A DNA stretch of 59,572 nt from Candidatus Saccharimonadales bacterium. GTDB taxonomy: Bacteria > Patescibacteriota > Saccharimonadia > Saccharimonadales > 2-12-FULL-41-12. Numbering within the stretch: the stretch's first letter is position 1; each line of letters opens with the position of its first letter. Position numbers and translations under genes: made by a program. The stretch spans positions 1 through 59,572 of the forward strand of contig JBFIJM010000005.1 in assembly GCA_041600715.1 (NCBI GenBank), in the 5' to 3' direction. The notes under the pieces were generated by a model, which saw only the letters and a program-made list of their open reading frames with translations, was not told the origin of the DNA and did no database searches. Positions 18,750 through 28,840 of this stretch are shown here, piece after piece.

Positions 18750-20705
18750 GTGGCTGTAATTGAAAACAAAGCAACAGAGATTGGGGATGTCTTAATAATA
18801 AAGACAGAAGTGCCTATTATAGGCATAGTAACATTATTGTCATTTGTAGACGATACTGACGGTGAGGTTGTCAATAAGTATTTTCAAAAGACATTTAGAT
18901 ACAGCGTTGACGGCATTAATTTTTCTCCATACCTAGCACTAAGCACAGCCAATGTTCAAGGAATTGTAATTAATCCAACTGACTCACTAGTAATTGAATA
19001 CATATATCAAAGGAGTGGTTTAGATAATAGCGGCTCATTGATTTGGAATTCTACTACTCTTGATGGAGAATTTATAGAGGTGGTGTGCGGAGAGGCTTAT
19101 GAGAAATCAATGTACAGCGATTATTTTGGGTGCAATAATATCTGCTCCCTGAATTGGTCAATTAATGTCTTAGAGAAATTATATCAAGGAGGACTGCTAG
19201 CAAGCTATATTGAAAGAGGCTCTAGTAGCAGCAATGCAGAGGATAGGGATTTTATAGATTTCTGGAGGTCAGTTACACACTTCTTCGCCTTATTTGTTTG
19301 CCTAGCTAGGGCATTCGCTGAGTTTTATTCGGATGAGGGGTTATTAAAATGTTATCTGCAGCAGAGATGCCTATTCTTCTGTGAAGACACAGATTATCAA
19401 GAATTGTATTATCTAATGCAGAACTACCACGATGAAATAAGACAAAGAGGTACTAGGTGGATAATAAAGGAAAAGAATGCTTTCGAATTCATAAGTGATT
19501 GCCCCGATGAGAGCGAGAGTGTTTCAATATCAGCATCAGCGTCTATTTCAGGTTCAGCTGTCGAAGAAAAGAGTCTAAAATATATAGACGGAGAATTACT
19601 GAGATTAATTTGCTATGACATACTCGATGAATTCATGTTCTGTTTAAGCAAAGCTGAGAAATTAGGATGGAATATAGGCAATTCCTCTCCATTGTATGGT
19701 GGGATGTCAAATCAGAACTGTGTCAATAAGGCTTATGAGGACTCACGCGATATCAAAGACCTTTCTCTATATCCTTTAATTAACCCTGATAAAGCGGTTG
19801 TGGTAAATGACGGAGGAAAACAAGTAATGCACCTAGCGAATGTTCCTAGCGGAGAAGTTGCAGGAATTGGAGCCCTCGATTTTGCAAAAGCATTAAAAGT
19901 TGACCCCCAGCTAGATTATGAAATCACGTTCGTGGTCAGGCAAGATTCAGACATAAGCGAGAGTGCAAGCTTCAGTGATAGCAATAACGACGGAGTGCAA
20001 GACGGTAACTTAACATTCGGATGTTTTGCATTTAATTCATTCGGAGGGCTAGAGATTCTACAAAATATTCAAGATGGTTCAAACGAAGACCTGTTTTTTC
20101 AAAGAGTGAATCTGCAGCGGGATGATAAGTACATTTATATTAGAGGTATAATATTTAACTATAACAAATATCCAGTTTTCTCCCCTTTAAGTTTTTATAA
20201 GAAGGGAAAAATCGTATCTTTAGGTAATGTTTATTACAGAGTGATTAAGGACAACATTTTAGGGATAACACCGGGGACAACACCAATATCTTTTACATAT
20301 TTTACCCCTATACCAATAAATGAGCTTAATCCCACACTAAAGAACAGTTTAAATATCGGTCAGAATTTAAAGTTTAAGGATAATGTGAATTACATTATGC
20401 CTTACATCGTTTTAGATAATGAGAAAGGGCTGGGAGGAGAGTTGTTTATTTGGGATGTAAAAGTGAAACCTGTTTCGACACCATACAGTCACGGGTTCAT
20501 TCAGCAACCAAATTTTATCCATATTTGGATGAAGAACAGGAATGGAAAGCATAGTGATGAGCAAATAAGACAAAACATGAGAAAGTTTTTATTACCTTAT
20601 GACTGCACTTTCAACAACATTGTACTACAACCAAGCGCAGCTGAATTAGAAGCAGCTAATCTAGGGGAATACAATGATGATTTTAATGATGATTTTAATA
20701 CATAA
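18750..20705 (+). CDS. Baseplate wedge/fibre-attachment protein
   Basis: EIRQRGT and GWNIGNSSP motifs (gpI/gp7-like), Ser-X tracts and a C-terminal YNDDFNDDFN. Confidence 0.55.
   Translation: MAVIENKATEIGDVLIIKTEVPIIGIVTLLSFVDDTDGEVVNKYFQKTFRYSVDGINFSPYLALSTANVQGIVINPTDSLVIEYIYQRSGLDNSGSLIWNSTTLDGEFIEVVCGEAYEKSMYSDYFGCNNICSLNWSINVLEKLYQGGLLASYIERGSSSSNAEDRDFIDFWRSVTHFFALFVCLARAFAEFYSDEGLLKCYLQQRCLFFCEDTDYQELYYLMQNYHDEIRQRGTRWIIKEKNAFEFISDCPDESESVSISASASISGSAVEEKSLKYIDGELLRLICYDILDEFMFCLSKAEKLGWNIGNSSPLYGGMSNQNCVNKAYEDSRDIKDLSLYPLINPDKAVVVNDGGKQVMHLANVPSGEVAGIGALDFAKALKVDPQLDYEITFVVRQDSDISESASFSDSNNDGVQDGNLTFGCFAFNSFGGLEILQNIQDGSNEDLFFQRVNLQRDDKYIYIRGIIFNYNKYPVFSPLSFYKKGKIVSLGNVYYRVIKDNILGITPGTTPISFTYFTPIPINELNPTLKNSLNIGQNLKFKDNVNYIMPYIVLDNEKGLGGELFIWDVKVKPVSTPYSHGFIQQPNFIHIWMKNRNGKHSDEQIRQNMRKFLLPYDCTFNNIVLQPSAAELEAANLGEYNDDFNDDFNT
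20673..20699 (+). repeat. 12-bp tandem repeat AATGATGATTTT (about 2.25 copies) encoding NDDFNDDFN
   Basis: Read directly from the sequence. Confidence 0.85.
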
Positions 20706-20710
20706 GCAAG

Positions 20711-23008
20711 ATGGCAGTATTAACATACGAACAGCTAGTTACTGAATTAGCTCAAAAGATTAAGGCGAACGGGAACCGAGAAATCACTGGGTCCGTTCTG
20801 AACCTTTATCTACAAGGACTCCTAGACTCAGGGACCTTAAAGCATGTGGTTGCTGATACTGCAGCAAGAAATTCTATTACGACAAAATATGTCGGGATGA
20901 GAGTTTTTGTTATAAGCGATGATAAGACCTACACTTTAAAAGCAGATGGTACTAGCTGGGGGGAGACAATCGAAGACGCCTTTACTCAAGCAGAAGTAAC
21001 AGCACTTGTGGCAAACAAAGTAGATAAAATAGCAGGAAAGGGATTGTCTACAAATGATTTTACAAATCCTTTAAAAGCCAAACTAGACTCTATTGAAGCG
21101 GATGCCACAGCAAATGATACAGACGCTAATCTAAGAGATAGAACAACCCACACAGGAGAGCAACCGACTAGCACTATAACCGGGTTAGATACCATTATTG
21201 CAGGAATACTAGATGATATCCTTAATATTGAGTTAGGGTCAACCACCTTTGCTATTAGAGAAATGGTTATTACTACAGATGAGATTTATGCTTGTAATAG
21301 TGATGACCACACAATAGTGTCTATCAATAATACAGCAACAAATAGAATAGTAGTGCTACCTGATACTACTGAGAGTGAAGGAAGGATTATAGTTGTTAAG
21401 AAAGGAGATAATGCAGGAGACCTCTTAACAGTATATCCAAATGATTACACAGCTAGTATATCTAATAGTGATAGCCCGCAATTAATAGAGGGAGAGGTCA
21501 GTTTCAATATACCTTTTTTCGGAGACTCTTTTACATTCCAGGAAAAAGAAGGGGATTGGTACGTCATTTCTGCATATCATGCTAGCTCAGTCGATTCCGT
21601 AAATGGGAAGACAGGGGTGGTCACTTTAGATACAGGAGATATTCCAGCGGTCGCAGACAAGAATTATATGACTGATGCAGAGCAGTCAAAACTAGGAGGC
21701 ATTGAAGCCAATGCAGACGTAACAGACACGGCTAATGTAGATGCAGCTGGGGCTACAATGAACACTGATTCTAGTTTAACAGGAAATAGTTATTTCTTAG
21801 ATGAGGATAACATGGCATCTGATGATGCTACAAAAGTTGCCTCCCAACAATCTATTAAAAAGTATGTTGATGACTCAATAGCGGGAGCTATTTCAAGTGA
21901 AATGAGTTACAAAGGTGGTTATAACGCTGCCACAAACACCCCCGACCTAGATACCTCTCCAAGCGGAGTTAAGATAGGAGATATGTATACCGTTACAGTA
22001 GCAGGGACATTCTTTACTACAGCGGTAGATGCAGGTGACGTTCTTATTGCAGAGCAAGATAACGCAGACATAGAATCATCCTGGACTATTGTTGAAAAGA
22101 ACTTGGTCGGAGCCTTATTGGGGGCAAATAACCTAAGTGATGTAGATAGCGCCTCAATAGCGTTTGATAATATAAAACAATCAGCCACTACCACCAAAGA
22201 AGGTGTTGTGGAGAGAGCCACACAGACTGAGGTTCATGCTGGTACAGATGATACAAGATACATTACTCCGAAAAAGTTAAACGATGAAAAAGGAATAGCT
22301 GACGGCCTCGCTTCATTAAATGGCAGCGGTTTACTACCTACAGCCCAATTACCACTATTAAAAAGATCACAAGTAAGACAAGATTCAGCAAATTGGGTAG
22401 GTAATGGGCAGAGATGTAGAGTAGGGGCATCATGGATAGATTTTGCTGTAGAGGATTTTGATACTGATACATTCCACGACAACACTGTTTACGTGAGTGG
22501 CACAGCTACAGGTACTCACTCCACAACAACCTTACAGGATACATCTAAATCATGGACTGTAGATGAGTGGGCAGGATATACTGTTAAGATTACAGGGGGT
22601 ACAAATGCTGATGAGGTGGTAAAAATTCTATCTAATACTGCCAATACATTAACTGTAGATACTACATGGATTACCACAGTAGATAATACATCCACCTATG
22701 AGATAACATTAAGGGGTAGATTTTTAGTGCCTGAAACAGGTTTATATTTAGTATCTCCTAGACTTACTTACTCAGCCAGCTTAGGTAGGATTTTAGGCAC
22801 TTATATTTACAAAAATAATACATTTTTTAATAGCGCTTTCGGCGTAGGGATTAGTGTTGAATCTACAGTAACCTATCCTCCTGAATATATGGAACTAACA
22901 GCCGGAGATTATATTGAAATTAAAGGTTATCAGGGAGGGGCAGGAGCTCACCCATTATTAGCATTCGGAAACAGAGTAAGGTGCACAATTATTAAAATAG
23001 GAAACTAA
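20711..23008 (+). CDS. Tail fibre protein 2
   Basis: N-terminal KANGNREITG domain, KVDK..GKGLSTNDFT motif, VDSVNGKTGVV and ANNLSDV fibre repeats, and a C1q-like C-terminal beta domain. Confidence 0.8.
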   Translation: MAVLTYEQLVTELAQKIKANGNREITGSVLNLYLQGLLDSGTLKHVVADTAARNSITTKYVGMRVFVISDDKTYTLKADGTSWGETIEDAFTQAEVTALVANKVDKIAGKGLSTNDFTNPLKAKLDSIEADATANDTDANLRDRTTHTGEQPTSTITGLDTIIAGILDDILNIELGSTTFAIREMVITTDEIYACNSDDHTIVSINNTATNRIVVLPDTTESEGRIIVVKKGDNAGDLLTVYPNDYTASISNSDSPQLIEGEVSFNIPFFGDSFTFQEKEGDWYVISAYHASSVDSVNGKTGVVTLDTGDIPAVADKNYMTDAEQSKLGGIEANADVTDTANVDAAGATMNTDSSLTGNSYFLDEDNMASDDATKVASQQSIKKYVDDSIAGAISSEMSYKGGYNAATNTPDLDTSPSGVKIGDMYTVTVAGTFFTTAVDAGDVLIAEQDNADIESSWTIVEKNLVGALLGANNLSDVDSASIAFDNIKQSATTTKEGVVERATQTEVHAGTDDTRYITPKKLNDEKGIADGLASLNGSGLLPTAQLPLLKRSQVRQDSANWVGNGQRCRVGASWIDFAVEDFDTDTFHDNTVYVSGTATGTHSTTTLQDTSKSWTVDEWAGYTVKITGGTNADEVVKILSNTANTLTVDTTWITTVDNTSTYEITLRGRFLVPETGLYLVSPRLTYSASLGRILGTYIYKNNTFFNSAFGVGISVESTVTYPPEYMELTAGDYIEIKGYQGGAGAHPLLAFGNRVRCTIIKIGN

Positions 23009-24984
23009 TGGCAGTATTAAGAACATATGATTTAAATGTAGATTTTTCCAATGGGTTACACCCTAAATTATTAGAGGATCAGATAGTAGCATCAGGTCAT
23101 GTAACAGGGTTTACTGATATACTACTGAATGGAGAAAATTTAGAGGTTCATGGAGCCACATTAAATGATGGACCAGGATTAGATGTAGTAATATCAAACC
23201 ACAGTTTTAATCCTGCCTTAGAAGAATTTGATGAAAGCGAACAGGCTAAGTTAGATGGAATAGAGCCGGGTGCTCAAGTAAATGTTAAATCTGATTGGAA
23301 CGCAGTTAGTGGTGATGCTGAGATACTTAATAAACCAGCAACAATGCCTCCCACATCACATACACATACAGCTTCAGATGTTACTGATTTTGATGCCGAG
23401 GTAGGTAATCATATTGATGTAGCTGCAAATACCACTAATAGACATACACACTCTAATAAGACAATATTAGACAATACAACAGCTTCTTTTACAACAGCAG
23501 ACGAAACTAAGCTAGATGGCATAGAAGCAAACGCAACAGCAGACCAAACAGCAGGAGAAATTAAAACAGCATACGAAAGTAATGCTAACACTAATGCTTT
23601 TACTGATGCAGAGCAAACAAAGTTAGCAGGAATAGAAACAGGGGCAGATGTAACTGATACAGCTAATGTAACAGCAGCCGGAGCTTTAATGGACTCAGAA
23701 GTTGATGCAGATATTAAGACATTATCTTTACCAGCTAACACAACTATTTCAACATTTGGAGCAAGTTTAATTGATGATATTGATGCTCCAACAGCAAGAA
23801 CCACTTTAGGGGTAGATGCAGCAGGAACAGATAACTCTACTAACGTAACTCTTGGTGGTGTACCTAATGATACTACTGATGATACATTAGATTTAACAGG
23901 ACAAACATTAACAGTAAACTTAGCAACAGTAACAACAGATGGTGCTATGGCTTCTACTGATAAGTCTAAATTAGATGGTATAGCTACTGGTGCTACTGCC
24001 AATGATACTGATGCAAATTTAAAAAATAGAGCCAACCATACGGGAACACAGGCAGCTTCAACCATTTCTGATTTTGCAGCCACAGTTAGGTCTACAGTAT
24101 TAACAGGAATATCTTTTGCTACAGCTACAGCAATTACAGCAGCAGATTCAATACTAACTGCCTTTGGGAAGCTACAAGCACAAGTTACAATTAACAATGC
24201 TAAAGTAACAAATGCTACTCATACGGGAGACGTGACAGGGGCAACTGCATTAACAATAGCAAACAACGCTGTAACCTATGCCAAGTTCCAACAAGCATCA
24301 GCAGGATTTACACTTTTAACCAAGCCAACTACGGGAGCAGGAAATTATTCAGAATTAACATTAGCTACCGATGGAACATTAGGAAGAATTGGAAGTGGAA
24401 ATATTGTAAGCGTTACACCAACACAACAAACTGCTAAACTAAATCTTTTCACAGCAGCCTTAAAAGGATTGGTTCCTTTAAGTGGAGGTGGAACCACAAA
24501 CTTCCTTCGAGCTGACGGGACTTGGGCAGCACCATCTGGGAGTAGGTTAAGAACCATTAATGATATATCAACTGATTGGATTACAATTTTTGCAGGAGCA
24601 ACATTGACTTATATAACTAATGATAGGTTATACTATAATGTAACAGGAAATGGGTCAACGGGAACTTTAGCTAAAGAGTATATTATACCAGCTGATTTCA
24701 CTAGCTTTCCTGCAAACTCATTTTCAGTGGATATTAGGGCTGACAATATTGGTGGTAGTGCAGGGGTTTACGTGAGTGTTTATAAGAACGGAGTAGTAGA
24801 TTCCACACTAAATAATCTACTACTGATTTCAAGCACAATTAATGTGTGGGAAAAAATAACAGCATCATTTGGCTCAACATACGCCCCTGGAGACAGGATA
24901 TTGGTTAAAGTTTTACTACAGTCAGCATCCCCATCACCAAACACCCTTGATATGGGAATGGTAAGTATAAATTATAACGATTAA
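23008..24984 (+). CDS. Tail fibre protein 3
   Basis: Repeated KLDGIE/KLAGIE, HTH(T/S) metal-binding motifs, NFLRADGTW motif and Thr/Ala richness. Confidence 0.8.
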   Translation: MAVLRTYDLNVDFSNGLHPKLLEDQIVASGHVTGFTDILLNGENLEVHGATLNDGPGLDVVISNHSFNPALEEFDESEQAKLDGIEPGAQVNVKSDWNAVSGDAEILNKPATMPPTSHTHTASDVTDFDAEVGNHIDVAANTTNRHTHSNKTILDNTTASFTTADETKLDGIEANATADQTAGEIKTAYESNANTNAFTDAEQTKLAGIETGADVTDTANVTAAGALMDSEVDADIKTLSLPANTTISTFGASLIDDIDAPTARTTLGVDAAGTDNSTNVTLGGVPNDTTDDTLDLTGQTLTVNLATVTTDGAMASTDKSKLDGIATGATANDTDANLKNRANHTGTQAASTISDFAATVRSTVLTGISFATATAITAADSILTAFGKLQAQVTINNAKVTNATHTGDVTGATALTIANNAVTYAKFQQASAGFTLLTKPTTGAGNYSELTLATDGTLGRIGSGNIVSVTPTQQTAKLNLFTAALKGLVPLSGGGTTNFLRADGTWAAPSGSRLRTINDISTDWITIFAGATLTYITNDRLYYNVTGNGSTGTLAKEYIIPADFTSFPANSFSVDIRADNIGGSAGVYVSVYKNGVVDSTLNNLLLISSTINVWEKITASFGSTYAPGDRILVKVLLQSASPSPNTLDMGMVSINYND

Positions 24985-24989
24985 GAATT

Positions 24990-25373
24990 ATGGAAATAGC
25001 AGCACAAGAAAGAGACTTAACTACACTTGAAGGACTTAAAGCTTTTAGGTACGAAGAAATTGACAAGAGAACAGGGGAACTAATTAGTGAGGGTTTTGTT
25101 TACGCAACAAAAACCTTCTCTTTATCCCTGTCTGCTCAAATCAATATCTCTGCTTTAAATCAAAGCAAGGATACTCTATCGTACCCTATTGATTATAACA
25201 CAATAGATGACTCGGGGGTTTATCAGGTAATAGATTCTACCGATATGGGTAATATGTATATGGCAGCTTTAGCTACAAAGAAAGGGCATTTAGATAGTGG
25301 CAGTACTTTAAAGGCTCAAGTAAGGTCCGCTATTGATAAAACCGCCGTAAATGCTATTATAGATAACAGATGA
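24990..25373 (+). CDS. Tail fibre assembly chaperone (DUF4376-like)
   Basis: LK....EID......I..GF.Y...F and LKAQV..A......AI patterns, directly after a fibre gene. Confidence 0.65.
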   Translation: MEIAAQERDLTTLEGLKAFRYEEIDKRTGELISEGFVYATKTFSLSLSAQINISALNQSKDTLSYPIDYNTIDDSGVYQVIDSTDMGNMYMAALATKKGHLDSGSTLKAQVRSAIDKTAVNAIIDNR

Positions 25374-25837
25374 TGTATTTTTTCAGAAATATCTTAACCT
25401 TAACAGGAGCATTAATAATCAGCTGCTTTATATTCCCTCTCGGAACGCCCTATGCTGTAGGACACGCAATTGTTTTATCTTTTAAGACTAAAAGGTGGGA
25501 GTGGTTCAAATTAATCATTAGATTTATCGATGGAATATTTTATGCATTAGGATACTTACTATTCCATACTGCGAAGTTTTTAGATATTTTGTGGAACACA
25601 ATGGCAGGAGAGATGTTCGAAGATATTGTTACTACTAGAGAAGATACTTTATTTGGAGTTAGAGGTATTACGATATCAGAATCGGTGGGAAAAGAAGAAG
25701 TATCAGGCTTCTTGGTAGAGACAGGGAAGAAATTTACTAAGGGGTTAAATAAAATATTTGGCCAGTCTCAACATGCAGCAGATGCATACCACTTAGGGTT
25801 GCTAAGAAAAGAGTTAGAAAGTAAATATTACAATTAA
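25370..25837 (+). CDS. Membrane protein following the fibre genes
   Basis: Hydrophobic N-terminal segments and a D..WN....TISE.VGK...H motif. Confidence 0.6.
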   Translation: MMYFFRNILTLTGALIISCFIFPLGTPYAVGHAIVLSFKTKRWEWFKLIIRFIDGIFYALGYLLFHTAKFLDILWNTMAGEMFEDIVTTREDTLFGVRGITISESVGKEEVSGFLVETGKKFTKGLNKIFGQSQHAADAYHLGLLRKELESKYYN

Positions 25838-25849
25838 AAAAGAGATAAG

Positions 25850-28141
25850 ATGTTTGTAAAATTTGAACCAGGAGAATTTTTAGAGAAACAAGAACTAGAG
25901 CGTTTCCGTAAATCACTAGATGAAAAAGGATTTCGTGAATTCTTATTAGACAATACTTTAAAGTTCGGTTTGATTGATAAACAATATTTCAATGAAACTA
26001 GAGTCGTTCAAGACCAATTTGAAAACGGACAGGTATTTGAGACAGCAGGTCTAACTATTGCTCACAAAGAAATTGAAGCTATCAATAAAGATGGTTTGGT
26101 TATCTATAGAAAAGAAACAACTAATATTTCAGTACCTGCGGATAGCCAATGGTACTGGGTTAAGATAAAGCATCAGTACACCCCTAGAGAATTAGGTACT
26201 TTTTCTATCGATGATAAAGGAAATCTAGTGGGAACAGGTACAGCCGAGCTACTGACTATATTAAGAGGGCAACCTTATTTTCCCTCAAGAGTAAGATTCT
26301 CGAATGCGGTAAATAACACTTTAGAGTATGATGTGTTAGAGGTGGTGGATGACCAAAATGCAGTTCTACAAGGATACTTCACGCCAGAGACGGGTCTCGA
26401 GTTAGTAGTAGTAGGAACATTTGCGCCTGACGTTACTCCAACGGCGGCACAAAAAGATATTTTTCAATACGATGATTGTCAATTATCACTCGTTTTAGAA
26501 ACCTCTACTAATGTAGCTCCAACAAAATTAGTTGGAGAAGAATTTTATCTAGCCAGAGTTAAGAATGATGGTGTTGCAGTTTTCATTCAAGATAAAAGAA
26601 TTGAGTTATGGAAAACAAAAGCCAATTTCTATTTACACAATGTTGATAAGACAGTAAATAATTTATTCGGTGTAGAAAACATAAAGTTTGACCACGGTAA
26701 TTCAACAAGGGACTATAACATCATAGAGATTGGATGGGGGATGAGGTCAGCCAACTGGTCTGTAGATGCAAAACTGAATACACTAACACTTTCTGGTGGC
26801 AACGGAGGTAGGTATAAAGATGTGTCTTATCCTAACACAGGAGATTTCGATGGTTGGTTGGTGTACTGGCCAGATGGTAGTTTCTCTAATGTAGTGTCCT
26901 CGACACAAAACGGAAGTCAAGTAAACCTTTTATTAGACCAGCTAGATATCGATAAAGTATCTCCTAACGGAGGAGTTACTTTCAACGCAGTAGAGTTAGT
27001 TGTAGTACCGAACGCAGAAGAGATTGAAATAGAATTAGTGCCATGGACAGACGGCGATGCTGACTTAGCGCAACCTGAAGCAGACATGCCAACAACAGCT
27101 CATCAACTATATAGTTTTCCAATCGCAGACCAGAGAGGAGAGTGCAGAGCCCTAGTGTTTGCTGAAACAGTTCAATTCGGGATAAGATATCGATACAGAA
27201 AGAATAATGAGTATTCTGCAAAACTAGATATGCTAGGAGATACCCAATTCGGCCATTACACAGAGAAATCATTTGATGGGAACGGATATTTGCTACCAGC
27301 CGTTGCATCTGCATCTTATGCCGCAAACCTAGTTGCAGGTAATATAAAGACATACGGCGACCTTAAAGTTTTCCTAAACTTAAAGAGTGATGCCTATATT
27401 AATCAAATCGAATCGATTGACTTAGGCGACCTATTGGGTGTAGAGACAAGAGCGATTGCTACAACCCCAAATGATGTAACACTGACAGTGGGAGTTGATA
27501 GACAATACCAGTACGTCAACGGCTCGCAGTTTACCTTAAATGATAATAAAAGAATCGTTCTTGCTGATGGATTAAGAAACGGTAACTTCTTTATCATACA
27601 CGTAAAACAAGTTCTTATATTACAAGGCAATAGCTTCAGTATTGTTGACTCCACCTTTTCAACATTAAAGAATTTTGATTCATATGATGAAAATCAATTG
27701 AAAACTTCAACTGAAGGAATATTTATAAAATGTACTTGGGATGGATTAAAGTGGATTTTAAACTCCGTTGATGAAAGAAATGTGTTAGACCCAACAACGC
27801 TTGCTCACTGGGATACACTTGTATCAGGAACAGTAGCTCTGAGATACTTGAATGATTTTAGTGGAGGCCTTCAGGCTGCACCTTTCACTTTTCCAGTAGA
27901 ATCTTATGATAGAATAATAAGCGTTACTACAAGTGGAACTGGAATAACAGACTTCGATACACAAGGATTCACAGAGTCAGGTATAGGTACAGGAATTTAT
28001 CATCGAGTTGCTCGTATATTGGGTTACGGAGGCGCAATAATTACCGTTCCAGCAGGGTGTAGGTTTCAACTCACCATCGAGGACCCTTCAGGGCCAGGGA
28101 TAGGAGGGGCTACGTGGACCATACATAAATTTAGAGGTTAA
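25850..28141 (+). CDS. Large baseplate/tail structural protein
   Basis: 763 aa beta-rich protein with FLEK.EL and YLARV...IQDKR motifs of myophage baseplate proteins. Confidence 0.55.
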   Translation: MFVKFEPGEFLEKQELERFRKSLDEKGFREFLLDNTLKFGLIDKQYFNETRVVQDQFENGQVFETAGLTIAHKEIEAINKDGLVIYRKETTNISVPADSQWYWVKIKHQYTPRELGTFSIDDKGNLVGTGTAELLTILRGQPYFPSRVRFSNAVNNTLEYDVLEVVDDQNAVLQGYFTPETGLELVVVGTFAPDVTPTAAQKDIFQYDDCQLSLVLETSTNVAPTKLVGEEFYLARVKNDGVAVFIQDKRIELWKTKANFYLHNVDKTVNNLFGVENIKFDHGNSTRDYNIIEIGWGMRSANWSVDAKLNTLTLSGGNGGRYKDVSYPNTGDFDGWLVYWPDGSFSNVVSSTQNGSQVNLLLDQLDIDKVSPNGGVTFNAVELVVVPNAEEIEIELVPWTDGDADLAQPEADMPTTAHQLYSFPIADQRGECRALVFAETVQFGIRYRYRKNNEYSAKLDMLGDTQFGHYTEKSFDGNGYLLPAVASASYAANLVAGNIKTYGDLKVFLNLKSDAYINQIESIDLGDLLGVETRAIATTPNDVTLTVGVDRQYQYVNGSQFTLNDNKRIVLADGLRNGNFFIIHVKQVLILQGNSFSIVDSTFSTLKNFDSYDENQLKTSTEGIFIKCTWDGLKWILNSVDERNVLDPTTLAHWDTLVSGTVALRYLNDFSGGLQAAPFTFPVESYDRIISVTTSGTGITDFDTQGFTESGIGTGIYHRVARILGYGGAIITVPAGCRFQLTIEDPSGPGIGGATWTIHKFRG

Positions 28142-28155
28142 TAAATAAAGACAAG

Positions 28156-28755
28156 ATGATATTTTACTACACAAATTCACCAGAAGCCGGAGGCATACAA
28201 ACAATAGCAAGACTATCGATAGGTGGTTATGTGAGTGGAAGCATCGTGCCTAACGATGTCTTGAATGAGATATTTTCAAACATTTCATTGAATACCGAAA
28301 AGAACAATCAGTATAGACTACTGGCGTTGAAAAACACCATGACAACAGCTGCAGAAAATATAGTAGTAAAAGTTTACATGAACGAAGACATCATCTCACA
28401 GTTTGAAATGGCCTTTGTATTACCTGCTTTGGATAAATGTGATGATTACGTATTTGAGAAAATATCGAGCCAGTATGCCAAGCCTCTTAATGGGAGCTTC
28501 ACGATACTGACTGATGGTATTAATTTGAATGTGGGTACATTAAATCCTGGAGAAGTAATAGGTATATGGATAGCTAGAAAATTCGATACAGTAGGCAATG
28601 AGGCAAAGTCCTGTGAGGAGTTATGTGATGACTATAATAATGATGTGGTGATAGAAAAAGAAGACAACATCCAAATCGATGTTTGTTGGGATGATGCAGA
28701 AAGTGTATCTGTTTCAGTATCTGCATCAGCTTCCGAGTCCGCATCAGCTTCCTAG
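28156..28755 (+). CDS. Tail/baseplate protein with a C-terminal Ser-X repeat
   Basis: SIGG...N..F..IS...YR.LAL and L.PGE.IGIWI.R motifs, ending ESVSVSVSASASESASAS. Confidence 0.55.
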   Translation: MIFYYTNSPEAGGIQTIARLSIGGYVSGSIVPNDVLNEIFSNISLNTEKNNQYRLLALKNTMTTAAENIVVKVYMNEDIISQFEMAFVLPALDKCDDYVFEKISSQYAKPLNGSFTILTDGINLNVGTLNPGEVIGIWIARKFDTVGNEAKSCEELCDDYNNDVVIEKEDNIQIDVCWDDAESVSVSVSASASESASAS

Positions 28756-28792
28756 CAAAGTTTTGAAGATTTACATAAAATAATTTTATTAT

Positions 28793-28814
28793 AAATAAAA
28801 TTTGTTTATCTTTA
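28793..28814 (+). promoter_or_regulatory. Motif copy at the start of the replication operon
   Basis: AAATAAAATTTGTTTAT (28793-28809) overlapping a TATCTTTA box (28807-28814). Confidence 0.6.
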
Positions 28815-28840
28815 GGCTTTAACAAATCGGAAATCGGAAA

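Noticed and set aside
16287-24984. Diversity-generating retroelement or invertible fibre cassette
   Set aside because: No reverse transcriptase or invertase in the window. Shared fibre modules differ at many synonymous positions rather than only at adenines, and none is inverted.
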